The notes below the pieces were generated by a model that had not been told where the DNA came from, searched no databases, and saw only the letters and a list, made by a program, of their open reading frames with translations. A program made the position numbers and the translations under genes. 48,728 bases of DNA from Nannocystis sp. GTDB lineage: Bacteria; Myxococcota_A; Polyangia; Nannocystales; Nannocystaceae. The stretch is taken from contig JADJRG010000022.1 in NCBI GenBank assembly GCA_016712315.1, positions 1,122,522 to 1,171,249 on the forward strand, written 5' to 3'. The stretch's first letter is position 1, and each line of letters opens with the position of its first letter. Of this stretch, positions 33,450 through 44,694 are shown one piece after another.

Positions 33450-33536
33450 CACTGTCACAATGACGCAGCGTCACCTCTGGGCGCACGCCGGCCCTCGCCG
33501 CGCCACTGTCACAATGACGCAGCGTCACCTCTGGGC
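33450..33536. promoter_or_regulatory. Two copies of a perfect 33-bp direct repeat (cactgtcacaatgacgcagcgtcacctctgggc), each containing the 6-1-6 palindrome TGACGC-A-GCGTCA; candidate regulator binding sites
   Basis: The copies are at 33450..33482 and 33504..33536 (54-bp periodicity). They lie in the intergenic region upstream of the small ORF and esterase gene and downstream of the propeller gene. Confidence 0.4.
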
Positions 33537-33602
33537 TCCTGCCGCGACCGCCTCCGCGTAGCCCCGCCTGGCCTGCGCCCCCGGCCAGCGACGCCCACGA
33601 CC

Positions 33603-34683
33603 TCACGGCGAGCGCCGCAGGATCACCCCCGTATACGGCGCCATATCGAAGCGCCCGCCCACCGCGAACACCGGCCCCCCGGGCACCCCGAACACCGCGT
33701 GCAGCTCGTCCTCCACCCCGCTCGCCTCGCGCACCCAGCCCGAGCTCGCCCGCGGGAACGCGCCGATGAACCCGCGGCGGCCGACCACCGTCGCCACCCC
33801 GTCCTCATCGATCCAAGCCCCGTCGAGCCCGTCCTCCTCCGGCAGCCCGCGCACCTGCCACAGCCCGCCCGAGCGCCGCAGCACCACCCCAGAAGAGCGC
33901 CCGCCCGCGACCACCACGTCCTCCCCGCTCGGATCCCCGAACACCCCGATCAGCGTCACCGAGGTCCCGCTCTCCTCGCGGCGCCACTCCACCCCGTCGT
34001 AGTGCAGCACCAGCCCTCGCGCCCCCACCGCGTAGATATCGTCCGCCGCGCGCCCCCAAATTTTATACAGCGCGTGCCCGTCCCCGGAGATCGCCGCCAC
34101 GTCCACCCGCTGCCACGCCCCCTCTGTGCGCCGCAGCAGCACCGGCGGAGCGGGAGGCGCCCCGCCGCCCACCGCCCACACCTCCGCCTCGCTCGCCCCC
34201 CACACGCCCCACAGCGGCTCATCCACCCCGCTCACCTCCGACGCCCACCCCTCATCCTCGCGCCGCAGCAGCGCCCCGAAGTACCCCGCCGCATACAACC
34301 GCCCCTCGATCCCTGCCACCCAGCTGAGCCGCGGCGTCATCGGCGGCAGCGGCTCCTCCACCCACGCGCCGCCCTGATACCGCATTGAAGCCCCGCCGTC
34401 GGCTGCCCGCCGACCGCGACGATGTTCTCGGGCCCGTCGCCCCACACGCTAAAGATCGCCCCGCGGAGGTGTCCAAGCTCAGGCTCAGCTCCCACGCGTG
34501 CGGCTCCGGCAGCCCCGGATCCTTCATCGTCGTCGACCCCGCCGACGTCGACCCCGTCGTGCCACCCGTCGCCCCGCCCTCGCTGGTCTCCGAGCTCGTC
34601 GCGCTCGACTCGCCCTCACCCGCGCCAGCGCAGCCGCAGACCAGCGCCCCCAAGACCCCCCAGATCGCCGCACGCACAGACAC
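33603..34683 (-). CDS. Lipoprotein with a Ser/Thr-rich linker and beta-propeller-like repeats (xWGxxxxxxxAVGG), with apparent frameshifts near 34390 and 34460
   Basis: The lipobox (GALVCGCAG) and linker are in one frame (34252..34683). The repeat units are VWGASEAEVWAVGGG, IWGRAADDIYAVGARG, VFGDPSGEDVVVAGGR and VFGVPGGPVFAVGGR. One unit, IFSVWGDGPENIVAVGGQ, lies in a third frame between the two ORFs. Confidence 0.5.
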
Positions 34684-34814
34684 AGCCCGGTCATCCTACC
34701 CATCGCGAGCGCGGACCCGCAAGCCGCGGCCGCCCCTGAGTTCACCCGCGCGCCTCCAACGACGGCTAGCACCCGCCTTGCGCTCCACCGCTGATCCCGC
34801 GATTCTGCCCCGCG

Positions 34815-35788
34815 ATGCTGCGCCCGCCCCAGAAGCGCCACCCCGGCCGCGACGCGCGGTTGCCTGTGATCAAGATCTCACTCCAGCGGCGCCACGCCCC
34901 CTCTCAAGCCCCGTGGAGGCGCCGCCTCTACATCATCATCTTCGAGGCCGAGACCCCCGCCGGGCGCAAGTTTGACATCGCCCTGCTGATCCTGATCGTC
35001 CTCAGCATCATCGTCGTCTCGCTCGAGAGCGTCGCCGACGTCGAGTCGTCCTCGGGTCACATCCTGCTGGTCATCGAGTGGCTGCTCACCCTCATCTTCA
35101 CCGCCGAGTACGTGCTCCGCCTGCTCTGCGTCGACAAGCCGCTGCGCTACGCCACCTCGACCTTCGGCCTCGTCGATCTGCTCTCGATCGTCCCCACCTA
35201 CCTCAGCCTCTTTTTTCAGGATCTCAGTCGCTGCTGGTGATCCGCACCCTCCGCCTCCTGCGGATGTTTCGGATCTTCAAGCTCGCCAACTTCCTCACCG
35301 CCGGCCAGTCCTTGCTCGGCGCCTTGCGGGCCAGCCGCTCCAAGATCTCTGTCTTTTTGCTCGCCGTGATCAACATGGTCGTGATCGTCGGCACCGCGAT
35401 GTACCTCATCGAAGGCGACGCGGGCAGCGGCTTCACCAGCATCCCGCGGGCCATGTACTGGGCGATCGTCACGATGACCACGGTCGGCTACGGCGACATC
35501 GCCCCCAAGACCCCGCTCGGCCAGTTCATCGCCTCCTTGCTGATGATCGCCGGCTACGCGATCATCGCCGTGCCTACGGGCATCGTCAGCGCCGAGATGG
35601 TCCTCCACCACGAGCCGATCCACACCTCCACCCGCACCTGCCCGCACTGCACCCTCGAGGGCCACGATCCCGACGCCCACTACTGCCGGAGCTGCGGCGG
35701 CCAACTCGCGAGACCCGAGCCCGCGGCCGCGCCGGCGCCCGCACCCATCCCCGCCCCGCACGCTCCTCCGCCTGCCGACGATCGCTGA
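34815..35788 (+). CDS. Six-TM voltage-gated K+ channel (Kv/KvAP-like) with a C-terminal CxxC...CxxC zinc-ribbon-like tail, with an apparent frameshift in a T6 run at 35211-35216
   Basis: Helices S1-S3 are in ORF 34815..35240. S4 is LLVIRTLRLLRMFRIFKL. The pore helix and selectivity filter is TMTTVGYGD. S6 and the tail TCPHCTLEGHDPDAHYCRSCGG are in ORF 35078..35788. Reading the run as T7 restores ...YLSLFFSGSQSLLVIR.... Confidence 0.75.
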
Positions 35789-35871
35789 GCGGATCCGTCC
35801 GCCGCCCACGCGTGAGATCGCCCCACGCGCGCCTGCGCGCCGCCGATCCGGAGTACAGTCACGCCCCGCTC

Positions 35872-36571
<700 letters not shown>

Positions 36572-36582
<11 letters not shown>

Positions 36583-39033
36583 TCCGCGCCATCGACGGGT
36601 CGTAGAGCGGCCGCAGCGAGGCGATCGCCGGATAGACCCGCTCCGCGATCGCCACCTGCCAGCGCCCCGAGTCCAGCCAAGCCTGGTCGATCGCCACCTC
36701 CGCCGCGACCATCGCCAGCCCCACCGCGCCGCCCAGCGTATGGCCATACGAGGCCGCCCGCACGTAGCCAACGGCCACCCCGTCGCGCAGCACGATCTCC
36801 GCGTGGAACATCATCGCCTCCGCGTCTTGGACGAGGATCTGCACCAAGCGCCGCCGCAGCGGCCCCGCCGCCTTGTGAGCGAGCACCGCCTCTTTGCCGA
36901 TGAACCCGCCCGGCTTCTTCAAGTCCACCGCGAAGCCCAGCCCGGCCTCCAGCGGCGAGTCTGTGTTGTCGATGTCGTGGCCGTAGTCGCGGTACGCCTT
37001 CTCCATGCGGAGGCTCGCCAGCGCCTTCAGCCCCGCGTGGCGCAGCCCGAAGCGCGCGCCGACCTCGACGATGCGGTCGTACACATGGGTCGCCTGCTCG
37101 GCCGGGATATACAGCTCGTACCCCAGCTCCCCCAGGTACGTGATCCGCACGCACAGCACCCGCGCCAGCCCGACGTCGATCTCCCGCGCCGTACGGAACG
37201 GGAACGCCTCGTTCGACAGATCCGCGCCGGTCAGCGCCTGCATCAACGCCCGCGAGTCCGGCCCTTGCACGTTGAGCTGCGCGTAGCCCGAGGTCACGTC
37301 GGTCACCGACATGAACGCGTCCGCGGGCGTATGGCGGCGCATCCACGCCTCCACGTGGCGGTGCGCCGTATCGGAGGCGACCACCCAGAAGCGGTCCTCC
37401 GCCAGCTTCGTCACCGTCAGATCCGCCTCCAGCGTCCCCCCCTCATTGAGCCACTGCGTATACGTGATCCACCCCGCCTCGCCGTCGACCTGATTCGCCG
37501 AGATCCAGTTGAGAACGCGCCCCGCGTCCCGCCCCTGCACCAAGAATTTCGCCATAAACGACATATCCATCACGATCACCCCCTCCCGCGCCGCCTTGTG
37601 CTCCTCAGCCCACCATTGGAACCACCGCTGCCGCCCCCACGACAGCGGCCCCGGATCCGCCGACTCGCCCGCCGGCGCGTACCAGTCCGCCCCCTCCCAG
37701 CCGCTCACGTCGCGGAAGTACGCCCCCTGCGCCGCCAGCCGCTCATAAAACGCCGAGCGCTTGGCCCCCCGCGCCGTCTGCATCGACCGCGTCGGATAGT
37801 GACACTGAAACACCATGCCCAGCGACTCGACCGTGCGCAGCCGCCGGTACTCCGGCGTATTTTGGTACGGGTGAAGCCGATCCACGTGCATCCCCGTCAC
37901 GTCCACGTCAGGCCGCCCATGGATGATCCAGTGCGCCAGCACCCGCCCCAGCCCGCCCCCGGTCAGGATCCCGATCGAGTTCAGCCCCGCCGCGACGAAG
38001 TACCCGCGCAGCTCCGGCGCCTCGCCCACGCAGGGCCGCAGATCGGGCGTGAAGCTCTCCGGTCCGCAGAAGAATTTTTTAATGCCCGCCTCCAGCGACG
38101 CTGGCACCCGCGCCATCGCCCGCTCGAGGTACGGCCCCATCCGCTCCCAGTCCGGCGCGATCTCGCCGAACGAGAAATTCTCCGGGATCCCCTCCACCTT
38201 CCACGGCGCGCAGATCGGCTCAAAGAGCCCGATCAGCAGCCCGCCCCCTCCTCGCGGATATACGCGTGCGACGCCGGGTCCTCGATCACCGGCAGATCGC
38301 GGTGCACCCCCGCGATCGGCTCGGTCAATAGATAGTAGTGCTCCGCTGCTTGCAGCGGCACGGTCACCCCAGAGGCCGCCCCGAGCTGCCGCGCCCAGAT
38401 CCCCGCGCAGTTCACCACGTACTCGCACTCGATCGCCCCCGCCGTGGTCGCCACCCCCACGACCGCGCCGCCCCGCGTCAGCACCTGCGTCGCCGCCACC
38501 CCCTCGACGATCGTCGCGCCTTGCAGCCGCGCCCCCTTCGCCAGCGCCATCGTCACGTCCACCGGGTCGACCCGCCCGTCCTCCTTCACATAAAAGCCCG
38601 CGAGGATGTCCTCGGTGCGCGCGAGCGGGAACAGCGCGCTCACCTCGCGCGGCGACAGCTCCTGCACGTCCACCCCGCACAGCCGGTTAAACGCCGACAC
38701 CCGGCGATACTCCTCCAGCCGGTCGCGATCCGCCGCGCACTCGATGAACCCGATCTGCCGCAGCCCCGTCGCCTGCCCGGTCTCCGCCTCGAGCCGCGCG
38801 TAGAGGTCGCGCGTGTATTTCCGCATCTCGGTCGACGTCTCCGAGGTCGAGCCGAACGTGACCATCAGGCCAGCCGCGTGCCACGTCGTGCCCGAGGTGA
38901 TCCGGTCGCGCTCGAGCAGCACCACGTCACGCCAGCCCATGTGCGCGAGGTGATACGCGACCGAGCAGCCGATCACCCCCCCGCCGATCACGACCACCCG
39001 AGCGCGCTGAGGGAGAGCTCCATCGATCCGCAT
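36572..39033 (-). CDS. FAD-dependent oxidoreductase with C-terminal GcvT aminomethyltransferase domain (dimethylglycine/sarcosine dehydrogenase family), with an apparent frameshift near 38245
   Basis: The N-terminal part (38233..39033) has VVVIGGGVIGCSVAYHLA and a covalent-FAD His context (SGTTWHAAGLM). The C-terminal part (36572..38200) is collinear with DMGDH/GcvT. A C5/G5 run falls at the junction; ...HAYIREEGGGLLIGLFEP... is restored by a 1-nt change. Confidence 0.75.
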
Positions 39034-39098
39034 GAGGCGGGCAAGCTAGGCGAGCGAGAGCGCGCGGTCAACCACGCCCGCGCCGCCGCGCCGCCCGC

Positions 39099-40905
39099 TC
39101 AACGCGGCACGAACGACACCGACACCACCCGCTCCCCCAGCCCCGCCTCCGCGCCGACCGCGTCCACCCAGCACCAGCCGTCGAGGCTCACATACGCCGC
39201 CGCGCACGCCGAGATCCCGACCGAGGCGTCCCCCATCGGCTCCGCGTGCAGCGCCAGCCGCGTGCCGTACGGCACCCCCACCGCGCAGCTCTCCGAGCAC
39301 TCGACCCGCCCGTCCTCGCTCCACACCGTCCCTTCGCCGACGATCTCCAGCCGGATCGTCTGCGTCGGCCGCGGCATCAGCAGCTCTGGCAGGCGCACAT
39401 ACAGCCGATCGCCGCCGCTCGTCGCCGCGATCATCCCGTCCGCCGCCTGCGCCGCCGCGATCCGCACCGCCCCTGCGTGCGCTCCTACGCCGCCGCCCTC
39501 TGGCGCCAGCAGCTCGCTCTTCAACGAGCCATCGCCCGCGATCCGAGCAGCGCCAGCGCCAGCGCGCCGCAGCCGCCCCGATCGCGTAGATCACCCGCCA
39601 ACGCCCGGTCGGCCCCGAGATCACGCGCGGGTGCGCCGCAGCCCCCAGCGTATACGTCGTCCACGCCTCGTCCTTCAGCACCGCGTAGATCCCCGCGCGT
39701 CGATCACCCTCCCCGCCGACCCCGCTCACCGTCCCGCCGATCACCGCGTCATTCCAGGCCGCGTGCAGCGCCCCGTCCGCCCGCAGGCGCACGCCGCCGC
39801 CGAAGCCAGGCGCCACCGGCCGCGGCAGATCGAAGCGCGTCACCACCTCACCGCGCACCCGCAGCGCCGCCGCCGGCTCCGCGAGCAGCAGAGCCACCTC
39901 CCCGTCCGCCGCCGCGTCCGCGTCCAGCAGCGCCCCCGCCAGCGCCGCCGGCGAAGCGACCCACGCGCCCTCGTCGCCGCGGCGCAGCAGCGCGATCGTC
40001 CCGTCCTCTCGGCCGACGACCGCCACCATCGCCTCCCCGCCGCGAGCAAGCGCATCTCCCTCACGGGCGAGCCAGCCGGCGCCACCGCCTCCTCCTCCCA
40101 CGCTGAGTCGGCCGCGCCCCGCCAGCGATGCACGATCTGCCCGTGAAACCCCGCGTCAGCCGAGCGCACCTCGATCAGCGCGTGGATCACCCCGCCCTGG
40201 GCGAGCAGCGCCGAGGAGCGCATCTCCGCGGCCACCTCGCCGATCGCGTCACACCCCTCGGCGAAGCGCGCGTACGTCGGCGACGTCGCGCAGCCGGCCC
40301 CAGCCCCCTCGTCCATCGACCCCGCGAGCAGGTGCACCTCCCCCGCCGCGTCGATCGCCACCGAAGCGCCCCCCGCGGCCCCCCCCGCGCAGCCTTGGCC
40401 GCGCAGATCAAACCACCCGGTGGCGCGCTCGCCCGGGCAGCGGCTGAATAAATGATACATCTCCGCCCCCATCAGCTCGCTATCCGCCGCCAACGTCATT
40501 TCATAACCATCTGTGAAGCTCTCGATCGCACGCCTCACCCCGTCGATCACCAAATACGTCGGCGTCGCCCCGTCGACCGTATATGTCGACAGCGGCGCGA
40601 GCGCCGGCCGCTGCCCCTCGGACATCGTGTATAGCGCCGCCACCGCCCCTACTGTCGCAGATCCGAACAACCGCGCGGCCGACGCCGCCGGCATCAAGCC
40701 GTAGATCCTGCGCCCGCCGCCGGCGTCGCTCGCGCCCCACCAGCCGAAGAGCGCCTCCGCGCCGGCTGTCCTGACTATCGCCGATCTCCCCGTCTCCGCC
40801 GTCTTCGCCCCCTGAACCGTGGCAAGCGGCGAGGACGAGGCAAAGCGCGAGGCCAATCGCACCACGGAGCCGCCGGATCTGCATGCCCGATTCTCCCACA
40901 AGCAC
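39099..40905 (-). pseudogene. Lipoprotein with a C-terminal divergent InlB B-repeat-like domain; the reading frame is broken at least three times
   Basis: The lipobox MQIRRLRGAIGLALCLVLAAC (ORF 40501..40905) moves to the 39840..40901 frame after a C5 run at 40806. It then moves to the 39046..40101 frame and then the 39099..39524 frame. The C-terminus (GEGTVWSEDGRVECSESCAVGVPYGTRLALHAEPMGDASVGISACAA) fits the InlB B-repeat pattern. Confidence 0.45.
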
Positions 40906-41228
40906 GATATTTACGGAACCCCGATGACGCAGGGTCCCCTCACTCTTCCTGGAGCGAAACCACCCGGCGCGCTCCTGAGCGGCCCCTCTGCGGCCGTTAG
41001 CCCGATCACGCGATCGCGCGATCGCGCGACAGGCCAGCCGGAATCAACACACTGTAACGACCTTACAGACACCGCGATACACTCATTCTTCACCAGCGGA
41101 GGCGACACGCCGCTCGCGCGGCGCTGAGGCTCACGGCCCCCGAGCGGCGCAGACCCCATCGCTGAAGATCGTCGAAGATCCAACGATCAGGCGTGACGCT
41201 CCCGCCGTCGATCGGTTAGCCTCGAGCG

Positions 41229-42412
41229 GTGCTCACGGCCCTCATGGCGCTCGCTTGGCTGCTCGGCGCGGGTCCCGACGGCGATCGCGACCCCGACGAC
41301 GGTCGAGACGACGTCCCGCCGCGTCCGGCCGTCCTCGACCTGAGCGGCGCAGCCGCGCCCACGAGCGCGAGCGACCCCAGCGACCGACGCACCTGGATCA
41401 CCCACCAGATCACCCCCCACGAGCGCCTCAGCCAGATCGCCGCCCGCTACGCCGTCAAGCGCGACGAGGTCGTCGAGTGGAACAAGCTCAGCTCGCGGAG
41501 GGTCGCCTTAAAGCCGGGCAAGACCCTGCGGATCTACGCCCGCCGCGCCCCGCCGCCCCGCCAGAAGCTCAGCTACACCGCCCAGCCAGGGGACACCTGG
41601 AGCTCGATCGCCGTCGACCACCGCGTCGAGCACCGCGACCTGATCGCCATGAACCGCGGCAAACGCAGCCCCAGCCGGGGGACCAGCTCACGATCTGGAT
41701 CGACCCCGGCGCGCCACGCACCGTCAACGTCGCCCCCGGCCCGCCGCCGCCGCCAGCGCCTGACGGCATCGACGGCGCCCGCAGCGTCGGCGCCCCCAAC
41801 CGCGGCCGGATCAAAGACGCCGTACAACTCCCCGACAGCCCCTCTACACCCGCGGCTTTGACCGCTGGCTGTGGGGCAGCAGCCACACGATCCGCGCCCT
41901 ACACGCCGCCATCGCCGACTTCCGCCACCAGAGCGGCTTCGCCGGCGAGATCGTGATCGGCTCGATGAGCCTGCGCCGCGGCGGCCGCTTCGCCCCGCAC
42001 CGCTCGCATCAATCCGGCCGCGACGTCGACATCCGCCTCCCCTTGCTCCCCGCGCTCCCCCTCACCGCCTTCCCCAACGCCGACGAGATCGACTGGCCCG
42101 CCGCCTGGGAGCTCGTGAGGGCGCTCGTCCGCACCGGCGAGATCGAGGTGATCTTCCTCGAGGGCCCGCTGCAGCGCCGCCTCTATCAAGCCGCCCTGTG
42201 GGAGGGAGCCACCCCCGATCAGCTCCGCGAGATCATCGCCTGGCCCAACCGCAAGGGCCACGAAGGCGCCCTCGTCCGCCACTCCCGCGGCCACGACGGC
42301 CACATCCACGTGCGCTTCCGCTGCGGCCCCGACGAACCTCGCTGCCGTCCGCGACGGAGGGACCCCGAGGCGACGTGGCTGGCCAGCGCCCCGCATTCTC
42401 CCGATCCCCCGA
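41229..42412 (+). pseudogene. LysM(x2)-containing LAS-family zinc endopeptidase (MepA/peptidase M74-like), frameshifted at least twice
   Basis: The two LysM motifs are ITHQITPHERLSQIAARYAVKRDEVVEWNKL and YTAQPGDTWSSIAVDH. The LAS/M74 zinc ligands are HRSHQSGRDVDI (H-x6-D) and HDGHIHVRFRCGPDEPRC (HxH), which is collinear with the E. coli MepA C-terminus. The frame changes near 41683 (a G5 run) and near 41850. Confidence 0.55.
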
Positions 42413-42484
42413 TAAAAAACGCAATTACAGGAATTTGCGCAACCCCTTGCGCACCCACGGAGGCGGGTTCATCTTCAGCGAGTC

Positions 42485-43207
42485 ATGCCCTTCGACGCCG
42501 CCCCTACCCCTGCACGCCTCCAGGAGCGCCCGATCCGCTTGATCCGCCGGGCCATGGGGGACAAGAGCACCCGTCGCCAAAAGGCCCGCAAGCTTCTTAG
42601 CGCGCTCCGTCACTTCGGCGACGAGCGCCAAGTCGCGCCGCGCCTGCGCCGCCTCCAGGAGCTCGGCTGGATCGAGCAGATCCCCACCCGAACCCAGCGG
42701 ATCATCGGCGCCATCGACATGTCGAGGTTCTTCATCATCCCCTGCGCGGACGACTACTACCGCACCAAGGGGATCACTTTACTTCCACACCCTCCTACGC
42801 CTGCTCGACGACCCCGCCTCCTTGATCGACCCGACCGGCTTCAACTCGTCGCGAGACACGATCATCGGCCACGTCCTCCAGGTCGTCCACGCCAACCCTG
42901 ACTATGATCTCCAGCTCCTCGAGTCCTTCGAGGATGGCCTCGCTGAGATGGAGTCGCAGGTGCTCGCGCTGCTCGCGGGCACCCACCCGCGCACCGAGTC
43001 ACTGCTCGCCACCGTCGAGGACCCCGAGTACCACGCCCGCCTCCTCCAGCACGTACGGGCCTTCCGAGCCGGACGCCGCGCCGCTCCTCTCGTCCGCGAC
43101 AACATCGCCGCCGACGCCCACTTCCAGCGCCCGAGCGCACCTTCGGCGAGCTCCCGAGCGCCATGCGGTACTTCACCAAGCTCCCCAAGACCCCCTCGGC
43201 GCCCTAA
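42485..43207 (+). pseudogene. Hypothetical protein, with apparent frameshifts near 42775 and 43130
   Basis: A protein-like reading can be joined across three frames (…RFFIIPCADDYYRTKG / LYFHTLLRLLDDPASLIDPTGFNSSRDTIIGHVLQV…AHFQRP / RTFGELPSAMRYFTKLPKTPSAP*). No family was recognised. Confidence 0.35.
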
Positions 43208-43326
43208 GGCACCTGCTCACCGTCCGCGAGTTCCCCGCCCACCTCGCCGAGGGCGCCACGCCGCAATAACCCCGCGAGCGGACCACGCGGCCCCCGTTCC
43301 AGCCGCGCGGTCCGCTCCCCGATTCA

Positions 43327-43820
43327 GCTCCGCGACGGGTAGATCCCCTCGAGGGCGATGATGTAGTTGGAGCCCGGTGTACGGCTGCATGTTGTTCACC
43401 GGCGCGTTGTTCCCTGCCACGCCGATCGTGTCCGCGGGCGCGACCGAGTTCTTGGCGCTCGCGTAGATCTCTCCGGACGCCAGATAACCCGCCTCCTTCC
43501 CGTCCGCGGGCGCGTGCGCCAGCGCGAACGAGTGGCTGTGCGCTGGCAAGTTCGTCGCGAGCAGCGTCGTCGTCGCCGCGCCGCCTTGCTCACCCAGATC
43601 CACCGCCGGCAGGCCGGGTCCCTGCCCGATGCCGACGGGCACCCGACCCCGCAGATCGGGGAGCGCGAAGGTCGTCCGCCCGTCGCCGCCATAGGTCGTG
43701 CCGAGGATCGAGAAGAGCGCCGACTTGGGCGATCGAGAGGAGCTGGCCTGGCGCAGAAGGCCCAGCCCGGGGCGCGAAGTTACCGGCGAAGAGGATGATC
43801 GTACCGATGAATGGTTCCAT
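43327..43820 (-). pseudogene. Phage tail-collar domain protein (MdpB-like), frameshifted
   Basis: The N-terminal MEPFIGTIILFAGNFAPR... and the LPAHSHS and NNMQPY...NYIIALEGIYPSRS* segments are the hallmarks of the MdpB / tail-collar fibre family. They are spread over three frames. Confidence 0.6.
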
Positions 43821-43889
43821 AGCTGAACACTCCTGAGTGGAGGCTGAGCCTACCAGAGCCTCTGCGCCCCGGCGCCGCCGCAGAAGCGC

Positions 43890-44625
43890 TCATCTACGCC
43901 ACGTCACCTCATACAGCTCGACAGCGCTCGGCCGCCCGGCCGTCTCCACCGGGATCCTGTCCACATTCACACAAAAACCATAGCCCTCACACCGAGCGGC
44001 GAATCGCGCCGCCGTCGGACGCCCGGGATCCGCGATCGTCGCGGTCCCGCCCGGCGCCAGCGTCCGCGCCAACGCCTGAGCGATCAGATCGATGTTCCCC
44101 GACTCGTAGAGCACGTCCGCCGCGACCACCCGCTCGAACACCCCAGATCGGCCGGAAGACGCCGCCAATCGATCATCCGCACCGCTAAGCGGCGCCACCT
44201 CGTTCAGCGCCGCGTTCGCGCGCACGAAGTCCAGCGCCTCCGGGTAATAGTCGGTCGCGAGCGCGCGATACCCCGCCGCTGCCGCCACCAGCGACAGCAC
44301 CCCCACACCACAGCCCAGCTCGAGAAGCGCCCGCCCGCGCCCGGGTTGCCCCGCGAGTCGATCGCCCAGCACCGGCGCGGACCCCAGATCTCCGCCCACA
44401 CGGGATCCGCCCGTCGCGCGCGAAGGCGTCGTCATCCAGCAGATCATCCGCCGAACGCGGCCGTAAGATCCGCCACGGCCGCCCCCCCGCGAACACCGCG
44501 CCGTCGACCGTGCGATAACGGCGACGCAGCGCCTGGATCAGCGCGGCCCCCTCGAGCCCCGCCAACGAACCCTCGACCGCTCCCGCGCCGCTGGACATGC
44601 GCGGCGGTGTACCACTCTTCAGCAC
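43890..44625 (-). pseudogene. Class I SAM-dependent methyltransferase, Methyltransf_16 (lysine methyltransferase-like) family, frameshifted
   Basis: It has PYWAEIWGP (another frame), motif I LELGCGVGVLSL and motif post-II VVAADVLYE. The N-terminal segment is in ORF 44185..44625. Confidence 0.5.
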
Positions 44626-44694
44626 CGGCCGGGGCCTCCGCGCCCACCCAGCGGCGCCGTAGACGCCTCGACCTCGCCCGCCGATACTGCCGCC

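Noticed and set aside
33103-33606. 167-aa ORF containing the EVTLRHCDS protein repeat
   Set aside because: The protein repeat is only the translation of the 33-bp intergenic DNA direct repeat. Only the last 44 codons, the TM peptide, look like a possible gene.
39046-40101. Treating 39046..40101, 39840..40901 and 40501..40905 as three separate genes
   Set aside because: Each contains only a partial protein-like segment that continues in a neighbouring frame. A single lipobox plus a single C-terminal B-repeat domain indicate one gene broken by frameshifts.
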